Source of the DNA: a virus
Virus record (IMG/VR): IMGVR_UViG_3300047274_000223
Strand: one strand, 5' to 3'
DNA: 64,000 nt
The position numbers were made by a program, and so were the translations under genes. Positions 16,581-26,362 of this stretch are shown here, piece by piece; within the stretch, counting starts at the first letter, position 1; every line of letters starts with the position of its first letter. The notes beneath the pieces are model-generated. The model made no database searches. It saw only the letters and a list, made by a program, of their open reading frames with translations, and was not told where the DNA came from.

Positions 16581-19500
16581 ATGACCATTTACTTTCCCAA
16601 TGGAAATTACGGACCTATCTGTGACATAATTCCCGAGGTAACTCCAGAACCAATTGTCACTGTAATTGAGATTGAGGATCCAACTGAACGTGCAGCTCCA
16701 GATGATAAAGTACCAACTGTTTTAAAGAAGGCAGCAAAGTGTAGAACAGTTCGTACCATTCAAAGATATTCTCCAAATGGTCCATACGGTCCAATTTGTG
16801 ATATTGAATCTGGTGGTGATGGGGATGGAGGTACTGGAAGTTACTATGATTGTCCAGATGAACCAACTGATGTACCAACGAGAACTATTTACAAACCAGA
16901 ACCAGAACTGTTAGATGCGATTGGGGATCCTGGTAATAATGGTGGACTTGTTTGCATTGAACTGGATGATGGATCTGAATTCTGTTATGATCCAAACATC
17001 CACAATGGTTGTGTAGGAACAGATTTCAATGATATTATTGATGATCTTAAAGTTCTTTCTGATAGATGTGCTGGTTTTAGGAGCATTGCAGATACTACAG
17101 TTATACCAAATCAATTTATTGCGCCAACATTAATTTGTGGTTCTATTCAACGCTATAGTTCCCATGGAATCTATGAGCACACCACACCAACTGGAATTAC
17201 TTACATGAATGTTATTCTCATTGGAGCAGGTGGTGGAGCAGGTGGTGGAGACGGGCAAAGGAATAAAACAAATGGAAATGTAACTGCTTCTGGTAGAGGA
17301 AATAATTCTGGAGGATGTGGTTCAATTGTCAGACTAACACTTACACTTAATCCGAATAAGGCTAATAAGATTACTGCTATTGTTGGTGAAGGTGGTAAGG
17401 GAGGAATTCATTTCTCTAATACTAGAAAGAGATTAAGAAATTCATTTAATGGTGGGGCTCCAGGTGGAATACCAGGACCAGATGGTAAGTCTGGAGGAGG
17501 TGGTGGAGGTGGAGGAGCATCTTCTCTTTATGTTAATGGTCAATTAGTTGCTCACGTTGCTGGTGGCGGCGGAGGAGGAGGATCAGGATGTAATGCATTT
17601 GTTGATGATCCATCAAAATATATTAAAAATATTTTATGTTTCGCTACTGGCGGTAAAGGAGGATTTGATAATGTTCCAATAGGAGTACCTGGTCGAGTAC
17701 ATGTTGGTGTTGGCCGCCGAGGTGGTATTGGTGCTGATGATGATCCAATTACAGGTAAGTATGGTGGCGGAGCAGGTGGTCGTTTTACGAATGGTGATCG
17801 TAGGAATGCTGCTACTCAATCTGGGAAGGGTGGCGGAGGAGGACATGGAGTTGATCTGGATGGCAACAGACTGACCAATGGAGCGACTACTAGCACTGCC
17901 AACGGAGGCGCAGGGGGGGATTTTGGTGGTGGCGGCGGCGGTAATGCTCCTGGAGGTTCTGGCGGTGCTGGTGGCAAGGGTGCTGTACGTATCAAGTATG
18001 GATCTACAACCCTAACCTATACAACACCAGGAACTTATACTCATACTGTACCTGGAGGTGTTACTAAACTAGATGAGATTGTGTGCATCAGTGGCGGCGG
18101 TTCTGGTCATAAAGATGTAAATGGTGATGATGAAGGGGGCGGCGGAGGAGGAGGGGCATATGCATATGACAATAATGTTCCTGTAACTCCTGGAGCAACT
18201 TTAACCGTTAAGGTAGGTGCTGGCGGAGCCACGAGAACTACCCAGGGATCTAATAATGGAGATCATAGTTATGTAATTAGTAGTAATGATGCTGATGGTT
18301 ATGATCCTGCACCTTGGGGTAATTGGCAAAATCATAGAATAGAAGGGACTCCAACAAACCCAGTCACATATGAAGACAATACTGATAATGTTCATTATGG
18401 TCTTTTAGTGCAGGAGTTTCCTAAGTTCACTAATCCACCATTACTTCCTGTTCAAGATGGTCATGAACTCTGGAGTTACTACATGAGAAGAAACGCTGCA
18501 TGGGTAAACGATGGGGAACCAAATTACAATGGTTCTATACGAGATATTCGATTGAATCTGCAGTTTACTAGTTCTGGTACTCATTCCATGGATATTATGG
18601 TTGATGATATTGTTGCGGTTTATATTGCACCTTGGTATGAGATTGAAGAAACTGCATATATTGATGGTGGTAGACTTTATAATGGAGAACCGACAGCAGT
18701 TAATGGTATTAATATTGAAGAATTGAGTTCATGGCCTTCTACAATAGATGCTGATATTTCTGGTGCTGCTAATTGGACACGAATTGCAGTGCAAGATTTC
18801 AATGCTAATAATAATACTCCAGCAACTAAGACTTTTAGTATTTCTTCTCCTGGTAGATATGTCCTTAGATTTTTACTTTATAATGACTATGCTGGAGGTG
18901 GTGAATGGAAATCTAATCCAGCAGGTCTTGCTCTATCAATCTTCAGACCAGATGGTAAAAAAATTTGGGATACTAGAGGGTTTAATGGTAATTGGGGATC
19001 CCCTTTATTGGAATACGATGGAGGCGGAGGCGGTGGAGGAGGTGGACTTCGCGGCCGCGGCGGGGTAAATTCTTTTGATTTGGGATACTCCATGGGTTCT
19101 TGTGAGTTTGGAGACTCAACTGCCTGCGGCGGCTCTGCGGGAAAGACATATATTCTTCAGAGTCCTGGTGTAGAGATTACATATTTCAATCAAGCACCAG
19201 GAGGGCACATTAATGGATATCAGAGACCTGGAACTGGTGATGCTTCTTATCGTCATGGTACAGGTGGTTATGGTGGATCTAGACCAACTAATTTCAGTAT
19301 AATTTTTAATGGAAATGAATACCCCCTTTACAATTCATCTGGTTCGTATTATGATGTATTGATACCTGGAATGGGTAATGGTGTTTGGACAGACTTTGCT
19401 AGCGGTAAAGAATTTCCATACCATTATTTCTGGGGTGAGTCTGGGTCCAACCCAACCAATGCTGCTGCACTTCAAAGATTATCCAGAGGTACTTACGAGG

Positions 19501-20027
19501 GTGCTGTTAATAACAACATCAATAGAACTGGTTTTTATAAACCAAAATCTTTAGAACTTGCTTTGTGGTGGAATCCAGTTAAGGCTGGAAATAGTTGGAA
19601 TACATATGTTAGACTGCGTGGAATTCCTAAATGGGGATTAGGTGCAGGATGGGCAGTGAATGATACTGTAATAGGAAGATTTCCTCCATCAAAAGATGAT
19701 GGAACTCAACCATGGTTGGATACCACAGTTAGTGATAGTTGGTGGCAGAATGGAGTCCGAACTCAGTTTTGGATGGGTGAAAATATGACTATTCCTGGAA
19801 CTTCGTTTAGTTTCCAAATTAAAGTAACTGAAGTTACCGATAATATTCTTGGAACCAAAGGAGATGCAGGTCATATTAGATATCAATATGGATATTCTTT
19901 AGCAGCAGCAACTCCAGGCCAGGTTCCTGGTGATCTCACTACAGGAACAACTTCAATTCCAAATACTTATCCATCTCCAAACCAAGATGCAGATGATCCT
20001 ACAAGCGACGATAACACAGGAACTTAA
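16581..20027 (+). CDS. Large Gly-rich protein, probably virion/tail-associated
   Basis: 1148 aa; two Gly-rich modules opening with YxxxGxYxHTxPxGxT..V...GAGGG; late promoter upstream. Confidence 0.7.
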   Translation: MTIYFPNGNYGPICDIIPEVTPEPIVTVIEIEDPTERAAPDDKVPTVLKKAAKCRTVRTIQRYSPNGPYGPICDIESGGDGDGGTGSYYDCPDEPTDVPTRTIYKPEPELLDAIGDPGNNGGLVCIELDDGSEFCYDPNIHNGCVGTDFNDIIDDLKVLSDRCAGFRSIADTTVIPNQFIAPTLICGSIQRYSSHGIYEHTTPTGITYMNVILIGAGGGAGGGDGQRNKTNGNVTASGRGNNSGGCGSIVRLTLTLNPNKANKITAIVGEGGKGGIHFSNTRKRLRNSFNGGAPGGIPGPDGKSGGGGGGGGASSLYVNGQLVAHVAGGGGGGGSGCNAFVDDPSKYIKNILCFATGGKGGFDNVPIGVPGRVHVGVGRRGGIGADDDPITGKYGGGAGGRFTNGDRRNAATQSGKGGGGGHGVDLDGNRLTNGATTSTANGGAGGDFGGGGGGNAPGGSGGAGGKGAVRIKYGSTTLTYTTPGTYTHTVPGGVTKLDEIVCISGGGSGHKDVNGDDEGGGGGGGAYAYDNNVPVTPGATLTVKVGAGGATRTTQGSNNGDHSYVISSNDADGYDPAPWGNWQNHRIEGTPTNPVTYEDNTDNVHYGLLVQEFPKFTNPPLLPVQDGHELWSYYMRRNAAWVNDGEPNYNGSIRDIRLNLQFTSSGTHSMDIMVDDIVAVYIAPWYEIEETAYIDGGRLYNGEPTAVNGINIEELSSWPSTIDADISGAANWTRIAVQDFNANNNTPATKTFSISSPGRYVLRFLLYNDYAGGGEWKSNPAGLALSIFRPDGKKIWDTRGFNGNWGSPLLEYDGGGGGGGGGLRGRGGVNSFDLGYSMGSCEFGDSTACGGSAGKTYILQSPGVEITYFNQAPGGHINGYQRPGTGDASYRHGTGGYGGSRPTNFSIIFNGNEYPLYNSSGSYYDVLIPGMGNGVWTDFASGKEFPYHYFWGESGSNPTNAAALQRLSRGTYEGAVNNNINRTGFYKPKSLELALWWNPVKAGNSWNTYVRLRGIPKWGLGAGWAVNDTVIGRFPPSKDDGTQPWLDTTVSDSWWQNGVRTQFWMGENMTIPGTSFSFQIKVTEVTDNILGTKGDAGHIRYQYGYSLAAATPGQVPGDLTTGTTSIPNTYPSPNQDADDPTSDDNTGT

Positions 20028-20029
20028 AT

Positions 20030-20392
20030 ATGGAACTACCTGATTTTAAATACGAAGATCTCCCAGAGGACATGAAAGAGAAACTGGGGCCTGGTGAATT
20101 TGTGATTGAACCACTAACACCACAAGATAATTATGAACCAAAAGAATATGATGCTGGTCGAGATGCATATACGAATAGGAAGATTATTAGAACCTTAGAC
20201 GAATATGCTTCTCTGCAAAAAATTTATGCAGATAAGAAGACCAACAAAAAACAGAAGTGGAAAAAAGTGAAGGCAGTTTCAAGATACTATAAGTCTGCCT
20301 TATATGCGATCAAGGACCTTGACAGGGATCCCACAACGTACTATAATAATGATTCCCCTGAAGGGGAAATCTTAAATGATTCTGAGGAATAA
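20030..20392 (+). CDS. Hypothetical protein
   Basis: 120-aa ORF in tight series. Confidence 0.7.
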   Translation: MELPDFKYEDLPEDMKEKLGPGEFVIEPLTPQDNYEPKEYDAGRDAYTNRKIIRTLDEYASLQKIYADKKTNKKQKWKKVKAVSRYYKSALYAIKDLDRDPTTYYNNDSPEGEILNDSEE

Positions 20393-20398
20393 ATTTCT

Positions 20399-20770
20399 AT
20401 GAAACAACTGATTGCTCTTGCTGCTCTCCCCCTGATGGCAGCACCTGCTATGGCTGCTCCTTACGTGGAGTCGAAGACTACTGCTGCTGGTGTTATTACC
20501 GAAGGTGGTGAGTTCTCTGGTGCTCAAACCGAACTTCGTGTTGGTTATCAACAAGAAGTTGGAACTGGTGTAACCGTGTTCGGTGAAATCGGTCCTGGTT
20601 ATGAGTGGAACAACGGTGGCACCAATGAGGGTGTTGCTGTTGGTGAAGTTGGTGTTAACTTCCCTATCGCTGAAAACCTGACTGGCAAATTCAAAGTTGC
20701 TGGTGAGTATGGTTTTGATAGCGAAGTGTTCGCTCTTGGTGGTGAACTGAAAGTTCGTTACTCGTTCTGA
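20399..20770 (+). CDS. Outer-membrane beta-barrel-like protein
   Basis: Signal peptide (MKQLIALAALPLMAAPAMA), alternating amphipathic strands, C-terminal LKVRYSF. Confidence 0.75.
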   Translation: MKQLIALAALPLMAAPAMAAPYVESKTTAAGVITEGGEFSGAQTELRVGYQQEVGTGVTVFGEIGPGYEWNNGGTNEGVAVGEVGVNFPIAENLTGKFKVAGEYGFDSEVFALGGELKVRYSF

Positions 20771-20799
20771 TATATAATGTGGGGGGTAACCCCCTTTAT

Positions 20800-20887
20800 G
20801 GAAAGGTGGTCGAGTGGTTGAAGGCTCTAGTCTTGAAAACTAGCGATGTGAAAGCATCCGTGGGTTCGAATCCCACCCTTTCCGCCA
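20800..20887 (+). tRNA. tRNA-Ser(TGA)
   Basis: GGAAAGG/CCTTTCC, CTAGT-CT-TGA-AA-ACTAG, long variable arm, encoded CCA. Confidence 0.95.
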
Positions 20888-20961
20888 CGGGATGTAGCTC
20901 AGTTTGGTAGAGCACTCGCTTTGGGAGCGAGGGGCCGTAGGTTCGAATCCTATCATCCCGA
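20888..20961 (+). tRNA. tRNA-Pro(TGG)
   Basis: CGGGATG/CATCCCG, CTCGC-TT-TGG-GA-GCGAG. Confidence 0.95.
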
Positions 20962-20977
20962 TTATGAATTGGAGAAC

Positions 20978-21142
20978 ATGGAAGAAGAAGATCTGTTAAA
21001 GCCAACAAAAGACTTGATGAGGGAAACTTTAATGGGTATTTTTGATATTATCGATAAAACGGTTGATGATCCTGAATTAAAACGACAAGCACTTGAAGAT
21101 ATGAAGAGACAACTTGAGGGAAATTTAGGAGATTTTATGTGA
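20978..21142 (+). CDS. Small hypothetical protein
   Basis: RBS GGAG before ATG 20978 (MEEEDLLKPTK...); longer track ORF overlaps tRNA-Pro. Confidence 0.6.
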   Translation: MEEEDLLKPTKDLMRETLMGIFDIIDKTVDDPELKRQALEDMKRQLEGNLGDFM

Positions 21143-21651
21143 TGATTGATTATATTGATAATGTATTTGATCAGTTCTCTTACAATGCTATAGTTGAATA
21201 TTGTTTAAGTTCACCATACTTCTTTGGGGAAACTGATAATCCAAGTACACCTCCGTGTGGAATGGTATCCGACTTCGATCCCCAGAGTGAAATCTGTGCA
21301 ATGATGAACAATCATGTGTATAATGTTGTTCCAAGTATTCGCAATTTGAATTTGTATGCATCATACATAAATCTTTTTACCCCATCAGAGAACCCAAGGT
21401 TCCATACCGATTGCGAAATCGGAATAACTTGTTTATACTATGTTGGATTAATTGAAACTCGGGTCCAACAGTGGAGACAATTGGAATATCATCCAAATGA
21501 AGGAGGAGAAACTCAATTTCTTCAAGGAGAAAGTTCCATAAATATTCTGCCAATCGCAAATAGATTGGCCTTCTTCGATGCTAATATACTGCATCGAGCA
21601 ACATCATTTAGAAATCACTACAGATTTACAATCGCACTCAAGTATCGCTAG
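21139..21651 (+). CDS. 2OG-Fe(II) oxygenase
   Basis: FHTD...GGETQF...FFDANILHRA...RFTIA. Confidence 0.85.
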   Translation: MMIDYIDNVFDQFSYNAIVEYCLSSPYFFGETDNPSTPPCGMVSDFDPQSEICAMMNNHVYNVVPSIRNLNLYASYINLFTPSENPRFHTDCEIGITCLYYVGLIETRVQQWRQLEYHPNEGGETQFLQGESSINILPIANRLAFFDANILHRATSFRNHYRFTIALKYR

Positions 21652-21660
21652 GAGATTAAA

Positions 21661-21897
21661 ATGAAATTAGCAGTTTACACAAAACCAGGTTGTCCATACT
21701 GTGATAAGATCAAGCAAGTATTTGATATGAAAGGATGGTCTTATGCTGAGTATACATTAGACAAACACTTCAATAGAGAACAATTTTATAGTCAGTTTGG
21801 ATATGGTGCTACATTCCCCAGAGTTCTTAAAGATGATCTTCAACTCGGTGGATGTACCGAGTCAATTCAATATTTTCGGTCACAAGGACTACTGTAA
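21661..21897 (+). CDS. nrdC: Glutaredoxin (NrdC-like)
   Basis: CPYC active site, TFPRV, LGGCTE. Confidence 0.9.
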   Translation: MKLAVYTKPGCPYCDKIKQVFDMKGWSYAEYTLDKHFNREQFYSQFGYGATFPRVLKDDLQLGGCTESIQYFRSQGLL

Positions 21898-21964
21898 TAA
21901 ATACTTAAGTGTTCAAATATAGGAGGTTGGGCCCTTTATAATTGTTTGTATCTAAGGAGGACCC

Positions 21965-22204
21965 ATGGGAAGTTTAGAGTTTATTTACATTGCTTTTTTC
22001 CTAACAGTAGGAACGTTTATTGTCGCCTTTATGGCAGGTTGGTTTGCCAACAATTTATTTGATGCCTGGTACGACAAGGCTGGATATGCAAAACATATCC
22101 TACATCCAGAGATGTACGATGAAGATGGTGAAATCTTACGAGATGAACTGACGTACTTGACACTCCTGGATGAAGATGATATGATCGATGAGGAAGATGA
22201 ATAA
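21965..22204 (+). CDS. Small membrane protein
   Basis: RBS AAGGAGG; N-terminal TM helix; HPEMYDEDGE acidic tail. Confidence 0.75.
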   Translation: MGSLEFIYIAFFLTVGTFIVAFMAGWFANNLFDAWYDKAGYAKHILHPEMYDEDGEILRDELTYLTLLDEDDMIDEEDE

Positions 22205-22212
22205 AATCTACT

Positions 22213-23091
22213 ATGATCCTTATCGATATGAACCAAGTGATGATTTCCAATCTCATGGTTCAAACCAGAATCTCGGATGGAATCGATAAAGGACTAGTTC
22301 GCCACATGGTACTTAACTCACTTCGGATGTATGTCCAGAAGTTTTGTGGGGAGTACGGTCGTGAACTAGTCCTTTGTTATGACTCCAAACGCTATTGGCG
22401 ACGAGAGTTTTTCCCTTACTACAAAGGGACCCGCAAGAAAGATCGAGAAAAGTCCAACTTTAATTGGAGCCAGATCTTTGAAGTTTTGAATGAAATTCGT
22501 GATGAAATCCGTGAGCACATGCCATACACAGTTATGGAAGTAGATGGTGCTGAAGCAGATGACATCATCTCTGTCATGACAAAACAAATGGCAATGAAGA
22601 ACATTCGTTTACAGAAAGATATGCAACCTGTTGAAAAGGTTCTGATTCTTTCTGGAGATAAAGATTTCATTCAGTTGCAGAAGTATCCTTGGTTGAAGCA
22701 GTACAATCCTGTAATGAAAAAGTTTGTTTCTGGTATGGATCCGAAGCAATATATCATTCAGCACGTACTCAAAGGGGATAAGTCTGATGGTATTCCTAAC
22801 TACCTTTCTCCAGACGATACTTTTGTTGAGGGTAAACGGCAACGTCCTTTGATTAAGAAGACTCTTGATAAGATTATTAATCTGTCACCAGAGCAGTTCT
22901 GTAATGCAGAACAGATGGAATACTACAAACGAAATTTGACCCTCATCGATTTCTCCTATATACCTGTAGAGGTCGAAGAAAAAATTATTGAATCATATGA
23001 TTCCGTGACCCCTCCTCCTAGAAGTAAAATGTATACTTATTTCATGGAGAAGCAACTTATTAGTTTACTTGAAAAGATTGAGGAATTTTGA
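22213..23091 (+). CDS. rnh: T4-type RNase H / 5'-3' exonuclease
   Basis: ILIDMNQ, YKGTRK, EADDII, SGDKDFIQL, GDKSDGIPN. Confidence 0.93.
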   Translation: MILIDMNQVMISNLMVQTRISDGIDKGLVRHMVLNSLRMYVQKFCGEYGRELVLCYDSKRYWRREFFPYYKGTRKKDREKSNFNWSQIFEVLNEIRDEIREHMPYTVMEVDGAEADDIISVMTKQMAMKNIRLQKDMQPVEKVLILSGDKDFIQLQKYPWLKQYNPVMKKFVSGMDPKQYIIQHVLKGDKSDGIPNYLSPDDTFVEGKRQRPLIKKTLDKIINLSPEQFCNAEQMEYYKRNLTLIDFSYIPVEVEEKIIESYDSVTPPPRSKMYTYFMEKQLISLLEKIEEF

Positions 23092-23092
23092 A

Positions 23093-23545
23093 ATGTCCAT
23101 GAATACCAGTAATCGACTACTTATTTCTGAGGTGCTTCAGAAAGTATCGAATGCCAAAACCAAAACAGAGAAGATCAAGATTCTGCAAGAGAACAACACT
23201 CAAGCACTTCGTAGCCTTCTTATTTGGAATTATGATGACAGTGTAGTTTCTATGATCCCTGAGGGAGATGTACCTTTTACTCCTAATGATGCACCTGCAG
23301 GAACAGAGCATACTGTTTTAGAAAAGGAGTACGCTAAACTCTACTACTTTATTAAAGGTGGTAAAGATGATCTCAAGCAATTCAAACGCGAGGAGATGTT
23401 CATCCGAATGCTGGAAGGACTTCATGTTTCTGAAGCACAACTTCTTGTTCTAGTGAAGGATGGTAAACTTCAGGACAAGTATCGAATAACCAAAGCAGTA
23501 GTACAAGAGGCATTTCCCCAAATTAAATGGGGAGGCCGTTCCTGA
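23093..23545 (+). CDS. Conserved cyanophage hypothetical protein
   Basis: LLISEVLQKV...LPEGDVP-like IPEGDVPF...REEMFIRMLEGLH; start at ATG 23093. Confidence 0.75.
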   Translation: MSMNTSNRLLISEVLQKVSNAKTKTEKIKILQENNTQALRSLLIWNYDDSVVSMIPEGDVPFTPNDAPAGTEHTVLEKEYAKLYYFIKGGKDDLKQFKREEMFIRMLEGLHVSEAQLLVLVKDGKLQDKYRITKAVVQEAFPQIKWGGRS

Positions 23546-23799
23546 TGAAGATTATATATAAAGATTGTGCTCCTGATATTGCTAATGACAGAACACTACC
23601 ATACAATTCATACTTAGTTGAATATAAAATGGACGGTTCTATTTGTTATGACCTTGTAATCACAGATAAAAAAGTTGATATCTTTGATTATTATTGGGAC
23701 CGTTATCGTGAAGATCTTATTTCATTTAAACAATCTGAAGGTAGGACTAATCCTAAATTATGGGACATGCCTAAAAAACAAGAAAAGAAAAAGAAATGA
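23545..23799 (+). CDS. Conserved hypothetical protein
   Basis: MKIIYKDC...LPYNSYLVEY...IFDYYWD...GRTNPKLW. Confidence 0.75.
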   Translation: MKIIYKDCAPDIANDRTLPYNSYLVEYKMDGSICYDLVITDKKVDIFDYYWDRYREDLISFKQSEGRTNPKLWDMPKKQEKKKK

Positions 23800-24245
23800 A
23801 CTTCAATTTCAACTTTGGAAAGAAGAAACCAGATAAGAAACAACTATTAATTTTAGGTGTAGTTGTTTCTACAATCATCGCAACTCTATCACAATGTACG
23901 GGGGTATCTGAGAATGGACTTTGGGATTTACTGGATGAGGTTCAAAGAAAGTATTTCCCGCAAAGTGTTCTTAATGACCTTCTACTACAAGATCCTGACA
24001 AAGTAAAGCGCAGGGTAGAAAGAGACGTTGATAAAGCCTTATTAGATTATCAACGTCTCACTGGTGATACTGGAGAAGTCAAACTTCCACCACCACTTTA
24101 TTCTGAAGTTGATGGTGTTATGAGATTGTGTTCTCCTTGGATGGATGGATGTACTGGAGAACCTTTAGAGAAGTTGGAAGAACAAAAATTAAATTTTGAG
24201 TATGGGAAACCAGAAGACTATAAGATTAAATTTTTTGGATTTTGA
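23796..24245 (+). CDS. Hypothetical protein with N-terminal membrane anchor
   Basis: LLILGVVVSTIIATLSQC. Confidence 0.7.
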   Translation: MNFNFNFGKKKPDKKQLLILGVVVSTIIATLSQCTGVSENGLWDLLDEVQRKYFPQSVLNDLLLQDPDKVKRRVERDVDKALLDYQRLTGDTGEVKLPPPLYSEVDGVMRLCSPWMDGCTGEPLEKLEEQKLNFEYGKPEDYKIKFFGF

Positions 24246-24248
24246 TAA

Positions 24249-24530
24249 ATGACTAACAAAATGACAGTGTATCTGGATCCTAGAGGTCCAGCTAAAGATG
24301 AAGAGGAAGAACTGCAACAGCAACTTGAAGAGCAGGAAAAACAAGAAAATATCGAGAAAGGAATGGCAATCATCAATGGATTGATTGCTTACATAGTAAT
24401 CCTTCCCCTGCTGTTCATGTTTGCCTTCAACGTATCCTTGACAAAAATGTTCAGTCTTGATAGGATAGGTTACGTTGAATCCCTAGGGATTGTAATCGTT
24501 GCAAGAATTTTGAGAGGAGCAAAGAAATGA
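24249..24530 (+). CDS. Hypothetical membrane protein
   Basis: Acidic N-terminus and two hydrophobic segments. Confidence 0.7.
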   Translation: MTNKMTVYLDPRGPAKDEEEELQQQLEEQEKQENIEKGMAIINGLIAYIVILPLLFMFAFNVSLTKMFSLDRIGYVESLGIVIVARILRGAKK

Positions 24531-25213
24531 GTAAAGTTTGTCTAGTATCTGTCACCCCCGATGCAGAAAAGACAATGGCATACATCGCACGGGTTAGTAA
24601 TCCTGCGAACCAGGAGAACCCTAACTATGCTAAACTTCTAAAGTATTGCATCGAACATAATCACTGGAGCGTGTTTGAACAGTCTACTATGACCCTGGAA
24701 ATTGAAACCAATCGTGGCATCGCAGCACAAATTCTTCGTCATCGTTCGTTTACTTTTCAAGAGTTTTCGCAACGATATGCAGATGCTTCTCTTTTGACTG
24801 AAGAGATTCCTGTTCCTGAACTTCGTAAGCAGGATACCAAGAATCGTCAGAACTCTACTGATGATCTTGACCCAGAACTCAAGAGGAGTTTTGAACGTCG
24901 TGTGAAGCATGTCTTTGCAGATATTATGGATCTGTATGATGATATGCTTTCTGCAGGAGTGGCAAAAGAGTCTGCTCGTTTTGTACTCCCTCTGGCAACT
25001 CCGACTCGTATCTATATGACTGGCTCATGCCGCTCATGGATCCATTATATTAATCTTCGCTCTGCGAATGGCACTCAGAAAGAGCATATGGAAATTGCTG
25101 AAGCAGCAAAGAAGATCTTTATCTGTCAGTTTCCTAGTGTTTCCGAAGCACTTGGATGGTGTCCTGGAGAATGCGAATGTGAAGATGTACAACCTTGTAT
25201 TAGGATCGATTAA
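24527..25213 (+). CDS. thyX: Flavin-dependent thymidylate synthase
   Basis: HWSVFEQ, QILRHRSFTFQEFSQRY, AKESARFVLP, HYINLR. Confidence 0.97.
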   Translation: MSKVCLVSVTPDAEKTMAYIARVSNPANQENPNYAKLLKYCIEHNHWSVFEQSTMTLEIETNRGIAAQILRHRSFTFQEFSQRYADASLLTEEIPVPELRKQDTKNRQNSTDDLDPELKRSFERRVKHVFADIMDLYDDMLSAGVAKESARFVLPLATPTRIYMTGSCRSWIHYINLRSANGTQKEHMEIAEAAKKIFICQFPSVSEALGWCPGECECEDVQPCIRID

Positions 25214-25214
25214 A

Positions 25215-25361
25215 ATGAACAATCAAGAAGTAATTAGTATCGCAAAAGAATGCGGACTAGTCTATAATAACAATCATGATATTTTAGAGTTCTATCAAAA
25301 GATTCGTAAAGAATTGAAGAGAGAATTTACTGAACTGTCAGAGGTTCATAACACTAAATAA
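25215..25361 (+). CDS. Small hypothetical protein
   Basis: MNNQEVISIAKECGLVY...; fills gap between thyX and next gene. Confidence 0.5.
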   Translation: MNNQEVISIAKECGLVYNNNHDILEFYQKIRKELKREFTELSEVHNTK

Positions 25362-25374
25362 GAGGAGGTGCATC

Positions 25375-25605
25375 TTGCCAACATATCCCGTTAAAAACAC
25401 CAAGACTGGGGAAACACAAGAACTCTACATGTCTATGGCTGACTATGACCAGTGGCGGAAAGATAATCCTGACTGGGAAAAAGATTGGTCTGCTGGAATC
25501 GGTGGAGTTACATATGGTAAACCCAAACAATCTGATGGTTTTAAAGAGGCGATGTCTAGAGTACAGTCGCACCACCCAAGAGCAAACCTATCTCGTTTCA
25601 CCTAG
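25375..25605 (+). CDS. Conserved small protein (MPTY-type, FmdB-like N-terminus)
   Basis: TTG start with RBS GAGGAGG; PTYPVKNTKTGE...WRKDNPDW. Confidence 0.75.
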   Translation: MPTYPVKNTKTGETQELYMSMADYDQWRKDNPDWEKDWSAGIGGVTYGKPKQSDGFKEAMSRVQSHHPRANLSRFT

Positions 25606-25606
25606 T

Positions 25607-26362
25607 ATGCCAGTAAAAAAGAGGAACAATAATGCAGTAGTACCTGCAGGAATGAGTGCAAAGCAAATGAGAAGAAAGAAGCCCATTAACAATGAGCATC
25701 TTCTTAACATTGAACCATTAACAGACAGTCAAAAGTCTGTGTTTGATTGTTGGGCAGAAGACAAACATTTAGTTCTTCACGGTTGTGCTGGTACAGGTAA
25801 GACCTTTATCAGTCTCTATCTGGCTTTAAGAGAGGTATTGAATCCCAATACTCCTTACGATAAAATTTATATCGTTCGCTCTCTTGTTCCTACCAGAGAA
25901 ATTGGTTTCCTTCCTGGAGACCATGAAGATAAATCAGCACTGTATCAGATTCCTTACAAGAACATGGTCAAGTTCATGTTCGAAATGCCAGATGATAATG
26001 CATTCGAAATGCTGTATAATAACCTGAGAACACAGGAAACTATTTCATTCTGGAGTACATCCTACATTCGTGGTGTTACTCTTGATAATTGCATCATCAT
26101 CGTTGATGAATTTGCAAACCTCAACTTCCACGAACTTGATTCTATGATCACTCGTGTTGGCCAGGATGCTAAAATTGTTTTCTCTGGGGATGTTTCTCAG
26201 TCTGACCTGGTGAAGCAAAACGAAAAGAACGGTGTTCTTGACTTTATGAAAATTCTTGAGACGATGGAAGAGTTCTGTTGTATTGAGTTCGGTGTTGATG
26301 ACATTGTTCGTTCTGGACTTGTACGCAACTACATTATTAGTAAATTGAATTTAGGTTTCTGA
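25607..26362 (+). CDS. phoH: PhoH family ATPase
   Basis: GCAGTGKT, RSLVPTREIGFLPG, YIRGVTL, VDEFAN, SGDVSQSD, VRSGLV; start at ATG 25607. Confidence 0.95.
   Translation: MPVKKRNNNAVVPAGMSAKQMRRKKPINNEHLLNIEPLTDSQKSVFDCWAEDKHLVLHGCAGTGKTFISLYLALREVLNPNTPYDKIYIVRSLVPTREIGFLPGDHEDKSALYQIPYKNMVKFMFEMPDDNAFEMLYNNLRTQETISFWSTSYIRGVTLDNCIIIVDEFANLNFHELDSMITRVGQDAKIVFSGDVSQSDLVKQNEKNGVLDFMKILETMEEFCCIEFGVDDIVRSGLVRNYIISKLNLGF

Noticed and set aside
15738-16588. Antisense and alternate-frame ORFs in psbA; possible intron or homing endonuclease
   Set aside because: psbA is continuous at 359 aa; shadow ORFs lack motifs; no HNH or GIY-YIG gene seen downstream
25445-25606. N-terminal extension of phoH in the ORF track
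   Set aside because: Overlaps the upstream TTG-start gene; ATG 25607 gives a typical PhoH length
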